From Lingula anatina (taxonomy: Eukaryota > Animalia > Brachiopoda), in NCBI GenBank assembly GCA_051362555.1, contig CM120648.1, positions 20,332,587-20,396,586 of the forward strand: a DNA stretch of 64,000 nucleotides. The letters run 5' to 3'. The notes under the pieces were generated by a model, which was not told the DNA's origin, made no database searches, and saw only the letters and a program-made list of their open reading frames with translations. The position numbers were made by a program, and so were the translations under genes. Of this stretch, positions 26,001-39,100 are shown in pieces. Within the stretch, counting starts at the first letter, position 1, and each line of letters begins with the position of its first letter.

Positions 26001-27779
26001 AATATCATTGAGTGATTTATTGGCCATCAGTTTACATGTAACGACATGTGCTAGTATACAGCCTGAAAAATATCACTGAGTGATTTATTGGCCATCAGTC
26101 TACGTGTAACGACATGTGCTAGTATACAGCCTGAAAAATATCATTGAGTGATTTATTGGCCATCAGTTTACATGTAACGACATGTGCTAGTATACAGCAT
26201 GAAAAATATCACTGAGTGATTTATTGGCCATCAGTGTACATGTAACGACATGTGCTAGTATACAGCCTGAAAAATATCACTGAGTGATTTATTGGCCATC
26301 AGTCTACGTGTAACGACATGTGCTAGTATACAGCCTGAAAATATCATTGAGTGATTTAGGTATAAATATTTATCAAAATGTCAACCAAATGTCAACATGT
26401 GTCATCATGTCACCATGTATCTCTTTACAGACTGCAAGGACACGCCTAACATCCGCGTCAATGAGATGACCTGTCACGACTTCTTCATGAAGACAGGGCA
26501 GACGGCCTGTCACAGGGGAGATGTGGCTGGGGTTTGCTGTGCAAGCAGAAGGAAAGTCTGCGACAGTAAGTCACACCTACACCGCTTTGTATTGTGTAGC
26601 AAGGGACAGAGAGGGTGTTAAATGACAGTCAAATTACTACAGCATCTTCTGTGCTGTCCAGATGCCCCGGTACCATAAAAACGCCCTGATCTAACTAGCT
26701 GTTACAATGTGGTGAGGCAGGGCCAGGGTGGAAAGTCACATGGCTTCCACCATCATCAGTCTAACATATGTATATGCCTTCCCAAACAATAAGAAGTGTC
26801 AAAGCTGCCATAAACAAAAAGGCACATGATTCGTTTATTCCAGATTGCTATGGTGACACAACCAATGTCCTGCTTGGAAACATGACGTGTTCGGAGTTAA
26901 TCAGTAAAGTTGGTCTTGCCGCCTGTCATCACCACCAGGTCATTCAGCACTGTTGTCTTACCAGGGGAGTCATGTGTGGTAAGCATAGAGAGGTCTTTAT
27001 TTCTCATCGTGCAGGCTTTACGCAGAGTTGAATATTTATTGTGTCATTACATATAATGTTGATTTTTGGGAATCATTTACCCTGTTAAAAGGTTTCAAAA
27101 ACATTAAGAATTAAATAAGTTTAAGATGATGTATTGAAAAGGGAAACAGGTGAAGAATAAGAGATACATAAAATGGTAAATGAACATATCAGATATTTGT
27201 CCAAATCACCTCACCTGGTGTCTTGACTATTTTTATAAATTTCCCTCTACAATTGTGTGGCCATCAGGAAATATTGATGGATTCAAAGTGTAGAGGTTTT
27301 GAAGTGGGGGTAGGTTTTCAATGGCCACTGGATGATAAAAAAACATTGGTAGGGTGACAGCCAGTTAATATGATTTTATGCAGGCACAAATGCCAATTCA
27401 TGAAAACATTTTCCAAGAGAATAGAAAAAAATGAGAAAAAAATAAAAAAAAATCACCAAGATACTGTCCACTGATATATAACTTTATTTCATTATAACTG
27501 TTTACATTTCAGAGTGCAATGGAGACCATCTTGGTACGTCCTTCAGTGATAAAAATACTGCCAATTAATATATAACTTTATTTCATTATAACTGTTTACA
27601 TTTCAGAGTGCAATGGAGACCACCTTGGTACATCATTCAGTGATAAAGATGGCAATACCTTCACCTGTGCCACTATCTTCTCAGACAATAAGTTTGACGC
27701 CTGCCGTAGCCCCACCGTCCTGCAGGGCTGCTGCAAGTCCTTCCGTGAACACTGTAAAGACAGTCCCATCCTGGGGTAG
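20045..27779 (+). CDS. Secreted cysteine-rich protein, 240 aa, 7 exons, four 6-Cys domains (PLAC/ShK-like spacing)
   Basis: Exons 20045-20092, 20335-20371, 20520-20582, 20906-21037, 26431-26565, 26844-26978 and 27607-27779 are all GT-AG and phase-compatible, totalling 723 nt. The product has a signal peptide MLRLLLYCCLAVVFA, a KR site, four C..C..C..CC-x6-C exons, and ends in PILG*. AATAAA at 27970. Confidence 0.85.
20335..20371 (+). CDS. Cys-rich gene exon 2
   Basis: ttacag|EEFEVSYSSGEK+G|gtaatt. Confidence 0.7.
20520..20582 (+). CDS. Cys-rich gene exon 3 (pro-region with KR)
   Basis: tttttag|AVDPFFDANQAVVHKRNVGFA|gtgagt. Confidence 0.75.
20740..20952 (+). repeat. 70-bp triplication of the exon-4 splice acceptor
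   Basis: ttgttctaatgttcag|CTTGCCAG occurs with exon starts at 20766, 20836 and 20906. Only the last gives an open frame. Confidence 0.9.
20906..21037 (+). CDS. Cys-rich gene exon 4 (domain 1)
   Basis: PCQDEGGTVNGLTCLQIFQATGIKFCDHVDLSRKCCATRWRYCG|gtaggg. Confidence 0.85.
21288..21574 (+). repeat. 68-bp intronic minisatellite, left part
   Basis: Unit TACATGTAACGACATGTGCTAGTATACAGCC...GGCCATCAG. It resumes in register at 25965. Confidence 0.9.
21575..25964. mobile_element. 4.4-kb non-autonomous Tc1/mariner-like DNA transposon, copy 1
   Basis: TA duplication within the 68-bp array and imperfect TIRs CAGTGGTCGGAATAA / TTAATCCGAGTACGG. A collinear copy is at 44010-48698. No transposase ORF. Confidence 0.85.
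25965..26357 (+). repeat. 68-bp intronic minisatellite, right part (~6 copies)
   Basis: Same unit as 21288-21574. Confidence 0.9.
26431..26565 (+). CDS. Cys-rich gene exon 5 (domain 2)
   Basis: ctttacag|DCKDTPNIRVNEMTCHDFFMKTGQTACHRGDVAGVCCASRRKVCD|gtaagt. Confidence 0.85.
26844..26978 (+). CDS. Cys-rich gene exon 6 (domain 3)
   Basis: ttccag|NCYGDTTNVLLGNMTCSELISKVGLAACHHHQVIQHCCLTRGVMC|gtaagc. Confidence 0.85.
27475..27647 (+). repeat. 94-bp duplication of the exon-7 acceptor
   Basis: tttacatttcag|AGTGCAATGGAGACCA gives exon starts at 27513 (hits TAA within 19 codons) and 27607 (open). Confidence 0.9.
27607..27779 (+). CDS. Cys-rich gene exon 7 (domain 4, stop)
   Basis: ECNGDHLGTSFSDKDGNTFTCATIFSDNKFDACRSPTVLQGCCKSFREHCKDSPILG*. 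Confidence 0.85.
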
Positions 27780-28443
27780 TTAGAAAACAGTCATCAGTGA
27801 CTTGGGTATCATACTGTGTTATGTAATCCAAGTTACCCAACATTATGTAATCCCAGGACCTTTCAAAGTGAAATGACTTTCAAAACAGCATCTTTCAAAC
27901 ATGGTTCTTAAGTTGATAGAATATGAAGATACCTTGTAACCTTTTGAACATGTACACATGTATGGTTTCAATAAAATCTGGTGTGTTATTCATCTTTTTT
28001 CTATCATGTTTTTCAAAAAAAATTAATTTGTGAATGACTAACAAAAGTCATCGATGCTGTACTGCGTTTTAACTATTTAAAGACCAACAGTTTCAGTGTG
28101 ATGGTGAAATAGCAGTATTCAAGACCAGAGTCATCCATCTTTAAGATTTTGAAAACCTGTTACACTGCTTAATATATATATATATATATATATATACCCA
28201 GTGAACAAGAAATGTAAAAGATAATAGAAGCATGCCTATATCCAAACTTGACCCCCATTTAAGGCCCCCAAGTAATCTCATGATATATATCACTGGGGAC
28301 GTGTTCACAACTAGCTGATCTGCGGAATAACTAGTCTCGACTGCATATCAAATATGGCGCCCACTTAGCAATAAATTAACTACTGCTTCCCATGCATGAT
28401 ACCTGAGCAAGTGGGCACAGCAATTCAATCTCAGCCTGCTTTC

Positions 28444-28796
28444 AAATGAGTCGTGCCATATTTGATCTGTGGACTAGGTATTCCATGGACCAACTGGTTG
28501 TAAATGAGTCGTGCCATATTTGATCTGTGGACTAGGTATTCCATGGACCAACTGGTTGTAAATGAGTCGTGCCATATTTGATCTGTGGACTAGGTATTCC
28601 ATGGACCAACTGGTTGTAAATGAGTCGTGCCATATTTGATCTGTGGACTAGGTATTCCATGGACCAACTGGTTGTAAATGAGTCGTGCCATATTTGATCT
28701 GTGGACTAGGTATTCCATGGACCAACTGGTTGTAAATGAGTCGTGTCATATTTGATCTGTGGACTAGGTATTCCATGGACCAACTGGTTGTAAATG
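28444..28796 (+). repeat. 58-bp tandem repeat x6 (amplified arm of a palindromic MITE starting ~28300)
   Basis: Near-identical units. The unit's reverse complement resembles 28303-28365. Confidence 0.9.
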
Positions 28797-28870
28797 CAGC
28801 CTTACATAATGCAGTGTCAGCAACATTGTAGCCTTCTTCCAAGAGTGACACAGACAGACAGAGCTAGGTA

Positions 28871-29184
28871 AGGCCCACCCAACTACCAGACTCGGCGCCG
28901 AATGATCCTGAATTCACCGGTAGATCGGAGTACACTATTACTAGAAGGTGTGTGTCAGTATGCATTCCACAGTATCATACCCCGGAACAAATTTTGAGAT
29001 GAGATGCACTACTTTCCGACCCCGCTGAGAATCATCACTGTCACATCGCGTACTTGGCAAGAGCGGTGCTGTGTCTGATACTTCGAAGCGCGTACTGGTA
29101 CACACCTTGAAAACGGGTATTGTGGTCTGATCTACCGGTGCATTCAGGTTCATTCAGTGCCAAGTCTGGTAGTTCAGTAGGCCT
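28871..29184. mobile_element. Palindromic MITE
   Basis: Long imperfect TIRs, AACTACCAGACTCGGCGCCGAATGA..CACCGGTAGATC, with the reverse complement at 29128-29174. Confidence 0.7.
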
Positions 29185-30020
29185 GCAAGTGATGAGTACA
29201 GAACTTACTGTGTTTGCACTTTAATTTCAACTAAGACATGCACAAACAAAGGCAAATTTAATACTGGACATTTATGTCACAAAGAATTGAAATCAAAACA
29301 GATGTATTTCCAATAATTCACCACTGGCAAATTAACCTCTGTCAAAAATCCAATAAGTAATTAATGTTGTTTTTCTTATTTTTGTTATAAATATAACATC
29401 TTGCTGATATAAAGTCATGTTTGATTCTAGATGTATTCTAGATTATAGTCACTTAGTACCATTTACTCTGATATTAGATATCACTACTTTTCTACTTCTT
29501 CCTAACTGATGTTTTCATTATATTAGGCAGACAGTTGCTATTACAAAGCGTGGATACAGTTTTCTTTAAACAACAAGTAGAAAGATGCACTCAAAGAAAG
29601 CTCTCTTTGCTACACAGTGTACTGAGTATGTCAATAAAGCCATGAATACACAAGATTGAAAGCAATCAGTTAACTGAACACTGTTCAAAAAGACAGCATG
29701 TTTGAATTAACCTACACATACAGCATGTGAACATGTCAGCAACATTTGATTATTTCTAAATCCTGACATCAACAAAACTGCAACAAACACATTAAAGCAG
29801 ATCTTTTGAAATTGTACTTTGAAAATTATAATGTTACAATACCCCCACACTTTTAAATAAATTGTGTTTGCAATGTACCAAAAGAACAATTCAGCAAATA
29901 AAAGTTAGAATGACAGTCTTTTAGCCCAAAAATCATATCCAGTTCTCATCCGATAAACAGTGTCCAGATATTATTTCCCCTGTTTTTGTAGTTATATTTG
30001 CCCTTTTCCTCCACTGCAAT

Positions 30021-30121
30021 CTACTCCAAAGACCATTGGTCAAAGAAATCATTTCCTTTATCGTCCACTACAATGAATGCTGGGAAATCTTCCACTTCGA
30101 TCTTCCAGATGGCTTCCATAC
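30021..30121 (-). CDS. fumA: Class I fumarase last exon
   Basis: [33 protein letters not shown]. Confidence 0.92.
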
Positions 30122-33100
30122 CTGAATGACACAAAAATATCTGCTAAACACTGGGGGATGGGGAATTAACAAATCATACAAAAAGTGTTTAATTTTAAAA
30201 ACCTGCTACTTCACTGGAAGATCTTTTTAAAAATCAAAATTTGGCACCAAACTACAATGTACTACAAGCTGAAATATAAGATAACATTTAAAAGTCTTGG
30301 GTTGACAGGATTAAACAGAAACAAAATTGTCAGCACCTACCAAGTTCAGGGTACTCCAGAACCTCCACCTTCTTAATACAGAAACAAAATTGTCAGCACC
30401 TACCAAGTTCAGGGTACTCCAGAATCGCCACCTTCTTAATACAGAAACAAAATTGTCAACACCTACCAAGTTCAGGGTACTCCAGAACCTCCACCTTCTT
30501 AATACAGAACAAAATTGTCAACACCTACCAAGTTCAGGGTACTCCAGAACCTCCACTTTCTTAATACAGAAACAAAATTGTCAGCACCTACCAAGTTCAG
30601 GGTACTCCAGAACCTCCACTTTCTTAATACAGTCACTGGCCAAGATGGCTGCAGGACCTCCAATGGATCCAAGGTAGAAACCACCATGTGCTTTACATGC
30701 TCTTGTTACCTGTGAAAATAAAACATGCTCTTGTTACCTGTGAAAATAAAACATGCTCTTGTTACCTGTGAAAATAAAACATGCTCTTGTTACCTGTGAA
30801 AATAAAACATGCTCTTGTTACCTGTGAAAACAAGAGGATCAGAGAGGCGATACCGCCTCCGGATATTGTACCTCCAGCTGGGGTAAGCTCATTCGTATGG
30901 AAAGAAATGGGACACTATCACCAGTCTTATGCGTGACAAGATCTATAAAATGCAATCAACAAGATGTCTCAAATTATGCAAAAAAATAAAATACAAAATA
31001 ATACAAAATAATACAAAAAAAAAAAAATACAAAAAAAAAAAAAAAAAAAAAAAAAATGTAACTAAAATGGTCCAATCAAGCAGAATTTCAAACTGACTTG
31101 TATTTACCTAACATTGATCACTCCTGTGATTTTCTAGACAATAGCCCTTTTGGTTTTCCTTAAAATGTGTTATCAGTATTGCAAATATGCTGACAAAAGA
31201 GAAAACTTAGGGGCACACTGGGTATATCTCTGCTAGCTTTGAAGATATGAGGGGTAAGAAAATATGCAAAGTATACAGTTCATGGTGAAAAAGTAGGTCA
31301 AAGGTCAATTTCAAGGCCACAGTTAGATTGCCAATATATGACTTCCTATTCAAGTTCAACAGTAACTTTGGGTGTATTTCTGCCAGTTTTCTAGATATAA
31401 GAGATAGAAATTTTGCAAGGTTCAGTCCATGGTAAAAATTAGGCCAAAGGTCAATTTCAAGGTCACAGTTAGATTACCAGTATATGACTTCCTATTCAAG
31501 TTCTATAGTAACTATGGGTGTATCTCTGCTAATTTTGGGGTATTTCACATTTTATTTTCACCACTGAATATCGGATGTTGAACTTTTTGATATAATATAA
31601 CGCCAAAGCCATATCGAAAACAAAAAATGGGCACCACCTCCAGTGTTGCACTGACAAGCTCTACAAAATGCAAAAACAAAAAACAAGAGGTCTCTAGCAA
31701 TAACAACTCCAGAATTAGAGAGAGTTTTCAGTTTTGGGATCTAATGGCTGCTACTCCAGTGAAAATGCACCAATTGACCCCAAAGTCACAAAGATGAAAG
31801 ACAACTGTAAGGGTAACACCTGCCCATAATATTATATGTTAGATCTGTGTAGTTTCTGAAAATCAGCAGAAGTAAAAACAAATTTTGCAAAAAAAAATTG
31901 TCCCATTTGACCTTGAAATAAAGGTCAAAAGTCAAATCCAAGGGCATATTCGTAATCTCCACATATGACTCTCAGTCAGACTTCTGTAGTAATTTTTCTA
32001 ATAATTCCTTTGGTTTGCGAGATAACTTTCAAAAATTTTGACAAGGGTGCATTTCAACCAGCATCACGCCCAGGCCAATGCACCGACTGAGACAAAAATA
32101 CCAGGGGGTTCAAGATGAGATCATATGTGACCTAAATCCAAGAGATGGGGACACAGGTCCTTGCGGTCTAGGAGGAGAAGCGGTAACGGTGACTTGTATC
32201 CCTCGACACCCTGCAGAGCCAGCAGAGCCGGCGGAGCCAACGTAGCCAGCTGCGCCATACGAGATGGGTCGGGACTAAAACCATGAGTACTGCCAGTGTA
32301 CACGCTGGTGGTACTAATAAAACATGCTCTTGTTACCTGCGAAAATAAAACATGCTTTTGTTACCTGTGAAAATAAAAATTAAAAAAATGCTTCTCGTAC
32401 CTATAAAAATATTAATTTTGGTAATAAAACTCATCAAAATGTGAAAATATTATGTCAGATTTCTGCATAAAATGCCATTATAGTTACCAGAACACATTTG
32501 AACATATAACATCCTCTCTTCAGTAATGTGATACCTGACCTGTTTACTTCAGTAATGTGATACCTGACCTGTTTACTTCAGTAATGTGATACCTGACCTG
32601 TTTACTTCAGTAATGTGATACCTGACCTGTTTACTTCAGTAATATGATACCTGACCTGTTTACTTCAGTAATGTGATACCTGACCTGTTTACTTCAGTAA
32701 TGTGATATGTGACCTGTTTACTTCAGTAATGTGATACCTGACCTGTTTACTTCAGTAATGTAATATGTGACATGTTTACTTCAGTAATGTAATATGTGAC
32801 ATGTTTACTTCAGTAATGTGATATCTAACCTGTTTACTTCAGTAATGAGATATGTGACCTGTTTACTTCAGTAATGTGATATGTGAACTGTTTACTTCAG
32901 TAATGTAATATGTGACATGTTTACTTCAGTAATGTGATATCTAACCTGTTTACTTCAGTAATGTGATATGTGACCTGTTTACTTCAGTAATGTGATATGT
33001 GACCTGTTTACTTCAGTAATGTGATATGTGAGCTGTTTACTTCAGTAATGTGATATGTGACCTGTTTACTTCAGTAATGTGATATCCGACCTGTTTACTT

Positions 33101-36100
33101 CAGTAATGTGATATGTGACCTGTACTTCAGTAATGTGATATCTGACCCGTTTACTTCAGTAATGTGATACCTGGCCTGTTTACTTCAGTAATGTGATATC
33201 TGACCTGTCTACTTCAGTAATGTGATATGTGACCTGTTTACTTCAGTAATGTGATATCTGACCTGTTTACTTCAGTAATGTGATATGTGACCTGTACTTC
33301 AGTAATGTGATATCTGACCTGTTTACTTCAGTAATGTGATATGTGACCTGTTTACTTCAGTAATGTGATATCTGACCTGTTTACTTCAGTAATGTGATAT
33401 GTGACCTGTACTTCAGTAATGTGATATCTGACCTGTCTACTTCAGTAATGTGATATGTGACCTGTTTACTTCAGTAATGTGATATCTGACCTGTTTACTT
33501 CAGTAATGTGATATCTGACCTGTTTACTTCAGTAATGTGATATGTGACCTGTACTTCAGTAATGTGATACCTGACCTGTTTACTTCAGTAATGTGATACC
33601 TGACCTGTTTACTTCAGTAATGTGATACCTGACCTGTTTACTTCAGTAATATGATACCTGACCTGTTTACTTCAGTAATGTGATACCTGACCTGTTTACT
33701 TCAGTAATGTGATATGTGACCTGTTTACTTCAGTAATGTGATACCTGACCTGTTTACTTCAGTAATGTAATATGTGACATGTTTACTTCAGTAATGTAAT
33801 ATGTGACATGTTTACTTCAGTAATGTGATATCTAACCTGTTTACTTCAGTAATGAGATATGTGACCTGTTTACTTCAGTAATGTGATATGTGAACTGTTT
33901 ACTTCAGTAATGTAATATGTGACATGTTTACTTCAGTAATGTGATATCTAACCTGTTTACTTCAGTAATGTGATATGTGACCTGTTTACTTCAGTAATGT
34001 GATATGTGACCTGTTTACTTCAGTAATGTGATATGTGAGCTGTTTACTTCAGTAATGTGATATGTGACCTGTTTACTTCAGTAATGTGATATCCGACCTG
34101 TTTACTTCAGTAATGTGATATGTGACCTGTACTTCAGTAATGTGATATCTGACCCGTTTACTTCAGTAATGTGATACCTGGCCTGTTTACTTCAGTAATG
34201 TGATATCTGACCTGTCTACTTCAGTAATGTGATATGTGACCTGTTTACTTCAGTAATGTGATATCTGACCTGTTTACTTCAGTAATGTGATATATGACCT
34301 GTGATATCTGAACTGTTTACTTTAGTAATGTGATATCTGACCTGTCTACTTCAGTAATGTGATATGTGACCTGTTTACTTCAGTAATGTGATATGTGCCC
34401 TGTTTACTTCAGTAATGTGATATTTGACCTGTTTACTTCAGTAAAGTGATATCTGACCTGTTTACTTCAGTAATGTGATATCTGACATGTTTACTTCAGT
34501 AATGTGATATCTGACCTGTTTACTTCAGTAATGTGATATCTGACCTGTTTACTTCAGTAATGTGATATATGACCTGTGATATCTGAACTGTTTACTTTAG
34601 TAATGTGATATCTGACCTGTTTACTTCGGTTTCCCTTGGCCAACATAATCATACTGCCTCCAGCTGCCTGAAACTGGTCCACATAGGAGTCCATCCTTCC
34701 TGCTGTGGTGGGGCCAAATGATCCACTGGCATAGCCCTGGAATAGGGATATCTATGAGTAATACACTTATTATATAGGAGTGCATCCTTCCTGCTCTGGT
34801 GGGGCTAAATGATCCACTGTTATAGCCCTGGAATAGGGATATTTCCGAGTAATATACCAGTTACAGTAGGATTAGAAGATGAGGAGTGGGATGAAATTGT
34901 GAGCAAGTGGGATTGAAAGATGAGCAAGTGGGATGAAATTGTGAGCAAGTGGGATGAAATTGTGGGCAAGTGGGATTAAAAGATGAGGAAGTGGGATGAA
35001 ACAAAGAGAAAGTGGGATGGGAAGGGGACAAGTGAGACACATCGGTGTGCCTGAATCTGCAATTTCTGATTTCAAATTATGTTACATGTTCTTTATCATT
35101 ATAGGAACAGTCCTAACATGGACTGACTTTTCTTTATGCAGAGACAGTGAGGCAAATGAGATAACTGAGACAGAATGCAGACAAGTAGGATGTGAAGCAG
35201 ACAAGTAGGGTGGGAAGACAGACAAGTAGGGTGGGAAGGCAGACAAGTAGGGTGGGAAGGCAGACAAGTAGGGTTGGAAGAGAGACAAGTAGGGTGGGAA
35301 GGCAGACAAGTAGGGTGGGAAGGCAGACAAGTAGGGTGTGAATGAACTTAGATCTTGGCTTAAGTCCAACTACTTAGTTTTTAATGATGAAAAAACTGAA
35401 TTAGTCCATTTCAACTCTAAGTTCTTCAAAGACAATACTGCACTTGATAGTATTAAGGTTGGGGATTCTTTTATAAAACCAACAACAGAAGTAAGGAACT
35501 TGGGTGTTATTTTTAATAACAAATGTGAAATGACATCACACATCAACAAAGTATGTAAAACAGCATATTTTAGTCTCCAACGGATATCCAAGATCTGTCA
35601 CCTTATTAACACCAAGCAAACTGAATTACTCATCCATGCATTTGTAACTTCTAGACTGGATTATTGCAATAGCCTATTGTTTGGAATACCTAACTATCAA
35701 ATGGAAAAGCTACAATCAATTCAGAACTCTGCTGCTCGTCTCCTCTGTAAAGCTCAGAAGTCCGAACACATCACACCAATTCTGCGAAACCTCCACTGGC
35801 TACCCGTGTCTCAACGAATAGTTTTTAAAATATTACTTTTGACTTTTAAGATTTCAAAGGACGACTGTCCATTTTACTTAAACTCTACCATAGAACTTTT
35901 AACTCCTATCAGATCACTTCGATCTAGTGGACAACTTCAACTTAAGCGAAAAGACACCAAAAAGACTCTTAAAACATATGGACACAGAAGTTTCGAGATT
36001 TGTGCACCGATTTTATGGTCTAATTTTATCACAAGATCTAATGTGTCTCTGGATGACTCATATTACTGTTTTAAGAAGAATTTAAAAACTTTTTTTATTT

Positions 36101-39100
36101 AAAGAATACTTTAATTTATAGCATCTTTTTAGTTTTTAAAATTTTTAAGTTTTCTGTTTTAGTTTATACTGGCTTTAATTTATCTGTGGAGTTTTTATTT
36201 TTTATGTAAACAGCGCTGAGACGCATGTGTAGCGCGGTTTTAAAGAAGTGTTTTATTATTATATTATTATTAAGTAGGGTGGGAAGGCAGACAAGTAGGG
36301 TGGGAAGGCAGACAAGTAGGATGTGAAGGCAGACAAGTAGGATGGGAAGGCAGACAAGTAGGATGTGAAGGCAGACAAGTAGGATGGGAAGGCAGACAAG
36401 TAGGGTGTGAAGGCAGACAAGTAGGGTGTGAAGGCAGACAAGTAGGGTGTGAAGGCAGACAAGTAGGATGGGAAGGCAGACAAGTAGGGTGGGAAGGCAG
36501 ACAAGTAGGGTGGGAAGGCAGACAAGTAGGGTGTGAAGGCAGACAAGTAGGATGTGAAGACAGACAAGTAGGGTGTGAAGGCAGACAAGTAGGGTGGGCA
36601 GGCAGACAAGTAGGATGTGAAGGCAGACAAGTAGGATGGGCAGGCAGACAAGTAGGGTGTGAAGGCAGACAAGTAGGGTGGGAAGGCAGACAAGTAGGGT
36701 GTGAAGACAGACAAGTAGGATGGGAAGGCAGACAAGTAGGGTAGGAAGGCAGACAAGTAGGATGTGAAGGCAGACAAGTAGGGTAGGAAGGCAGACAAGT
36801 AGGATGTGAAGGCAGACAAGTAGGGTGGGAAGACAGACAAGTAGGATGTGAAGGCAGACAAGTAGGATGGGAAGGCAGACAAGTAGGATGTGAAGGCAGA
36901 CAATAAGGGTGTGAAGGCAGACAAGTAGGGTGGGAAGGCAGACAAGTAGGATGTGAAGGCAGACAAGTAGGGTAGGAAGGCAGACAAGTAGGATGTGAAG
37001 GCAGACAAGTAGGGTGGGAAGACAGACAAGTAGGATGTGAAGGCAGACAAGTAGGATGGGAAGGCAGACAAGTAGGATGTGAAGGCAGACAATAAGGGTG
37101 TGAAGGCAGACAAGTAGGATGTGAAGACAGACAAGTAGGATGTGAAGACAGACAAGTAGGATGTGAAGGCAGACAAGTAGGGTGGGAAGGCAGACAAGTA
37201 GGGTGAGAAGACAGACAAGTAGGATGTGAAGACAGACAAGTAGGATGTGAAGGCAGACAAGTAGGGTGGGAAGGCAGACAAGTAGGATGTGAAGACAGAC
37301 AAGTAGGATGTGAAGACAGACAAGTAGGATGGGAAGGCAGACAAGTAGGATGGGAAGGCAGACAAGTAGGATGGGAAGGCAGACAAGTAGGATGTGAAGA
37401 CAGACAAGTAGGATGTGAAGACAGACAAGTAGGATGTGAAGGCAGACAAGTAGGATGGGAAGACAGACAAGTAGGATGTGAAGACAGACAAGTAGGATGG
37501 GAAGGCAGACAAGTAGGATGTGAAGGCAGACAAGTAGGATGTGAAGGCAGACAAGTAGGATGTGAAGACAGACAAGTAGGATGTGAAGACAGACAAGTAG
37601 GATGAGAAGGCAGACAAGTAGGATGTGAAGGCAGACAATAAGGGTGTGAAGGCAGACAAGTAGGATGTGAAGACAGACAAGTAGGATGTGAAGGCAGACA
37701 AGTAGGATGTGAAGACAGACAAGTAGGATGTGAAGGCAGACAAGTAGGATGTGAAGGCAGACAATAAGGGTGTGAAGGCAGACAAGTAGGGTGTGAAGAC
37801 AGACAAGTAGGATGTGAAGGCAGACAAGTAGGATGTGAAGACAGACAAGTAGGATGGGAAGGCAGACAAGTAGGATGTGAAGGCAGACAAGTAGGATGTG
37901 AAGACAGACAAGTAGGATGTGAAGGCAGACAAGTAGGATGTGAAGGCAGACAATAAGAGTGTGAAGGCAGACAAGTAGGGTGTGAAGACAGACAAGTAGG
38001 ATGTGAAGGCAGACAAGTAGGATGGGAAGGCAGACAAGTAGGATGTGAAGACAGACAAGTAGGGTGTGAAGGCAGACAAGTAGGATGTGAAGACAGACAA
38101 GTAGGGTGTGAAGGCAGACAAGTAGGATGTGAAGACAGACAAGTAGGATGTGAAGGCAGACAAGTAGGATGTGAAGACAGACAAGTAGGATGTGAAGACA
38201 GACAAGTAGGATGGGAAGGCAGACAAGTGGGACAGGAAGGCAGATAAGTGAGCTGGGACGGAGCAGTTGGGACAGTTAGGGTAACAGAATGAAGCTGTGC
38301 ATCCCACCTACTGATAATAAAGTCAAGGTTACTCTGAGATGCCCCCCTTTGGCACCAGTTTACCATAGAGAACATCTGAACTCTTTCTGAGAGACTTACA
38401 TTTTTTATCATTCTCAATATTTTATTAATTCATGAGTTTCTTTTATGAGCAAAGTAATATATCTCGGGTGTTTTATAAGCAAAGTAATATACCTCAGGTG
38501 TTTTATAAACAAAGTAATATACCTCAGGTGTTTTATAAACAAAGTAATATACCTCAGGTGTTTTATAAACAAAGTAATATACCTCAGGTGTTTTATAAAC
38601 AAAGTCATATACCTCAGGAGTTTTATAAGCAAAGTAATATACCTCAGGTGTTTTATAAACAAAGTCATATACCTCAGGTGTTTTATAAGCAAAGTAATAT
38701 ACCTCAGGTGTTTTATAAGCAAAGTAATATACCTCGGGTGTTTTATAAGCAAAGTAATATACCTCGGGTGTTTTATAAACAAAGTAATATACCTCAGGTG
38801 TTTTATAAACAAAGTCATATACCTCAGGTGTTTTATAAGCAAAGTAATATACCTCAGGTGTTTTATAAGCAAAGTAATATACCTCAGGTGTTTTATAAGC
38901 AAAGTAATATACCTCAAGTGTTTTATAAGCAAAGTAATATACCTCGGGTGTTTTATAAGCAAAGTAATATACCTCAGGTGTTTTATAAGCAAAGTAATAT
39001 ACCTCGGGTGTTTTTGCAGGACCAGCATAATAAATTGGATAGTCTTTCATGTACTGTGGCAAACCCTCTCCTGCATCCAGCCTCTCTTTCAGTTTGGCAT

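Noticed and set aside
36259-38417. 682-aa and 715-aa ORFs
   Set aside because: These are stop-free frames of a 21-bp intronic minisatellite, with no domain content.
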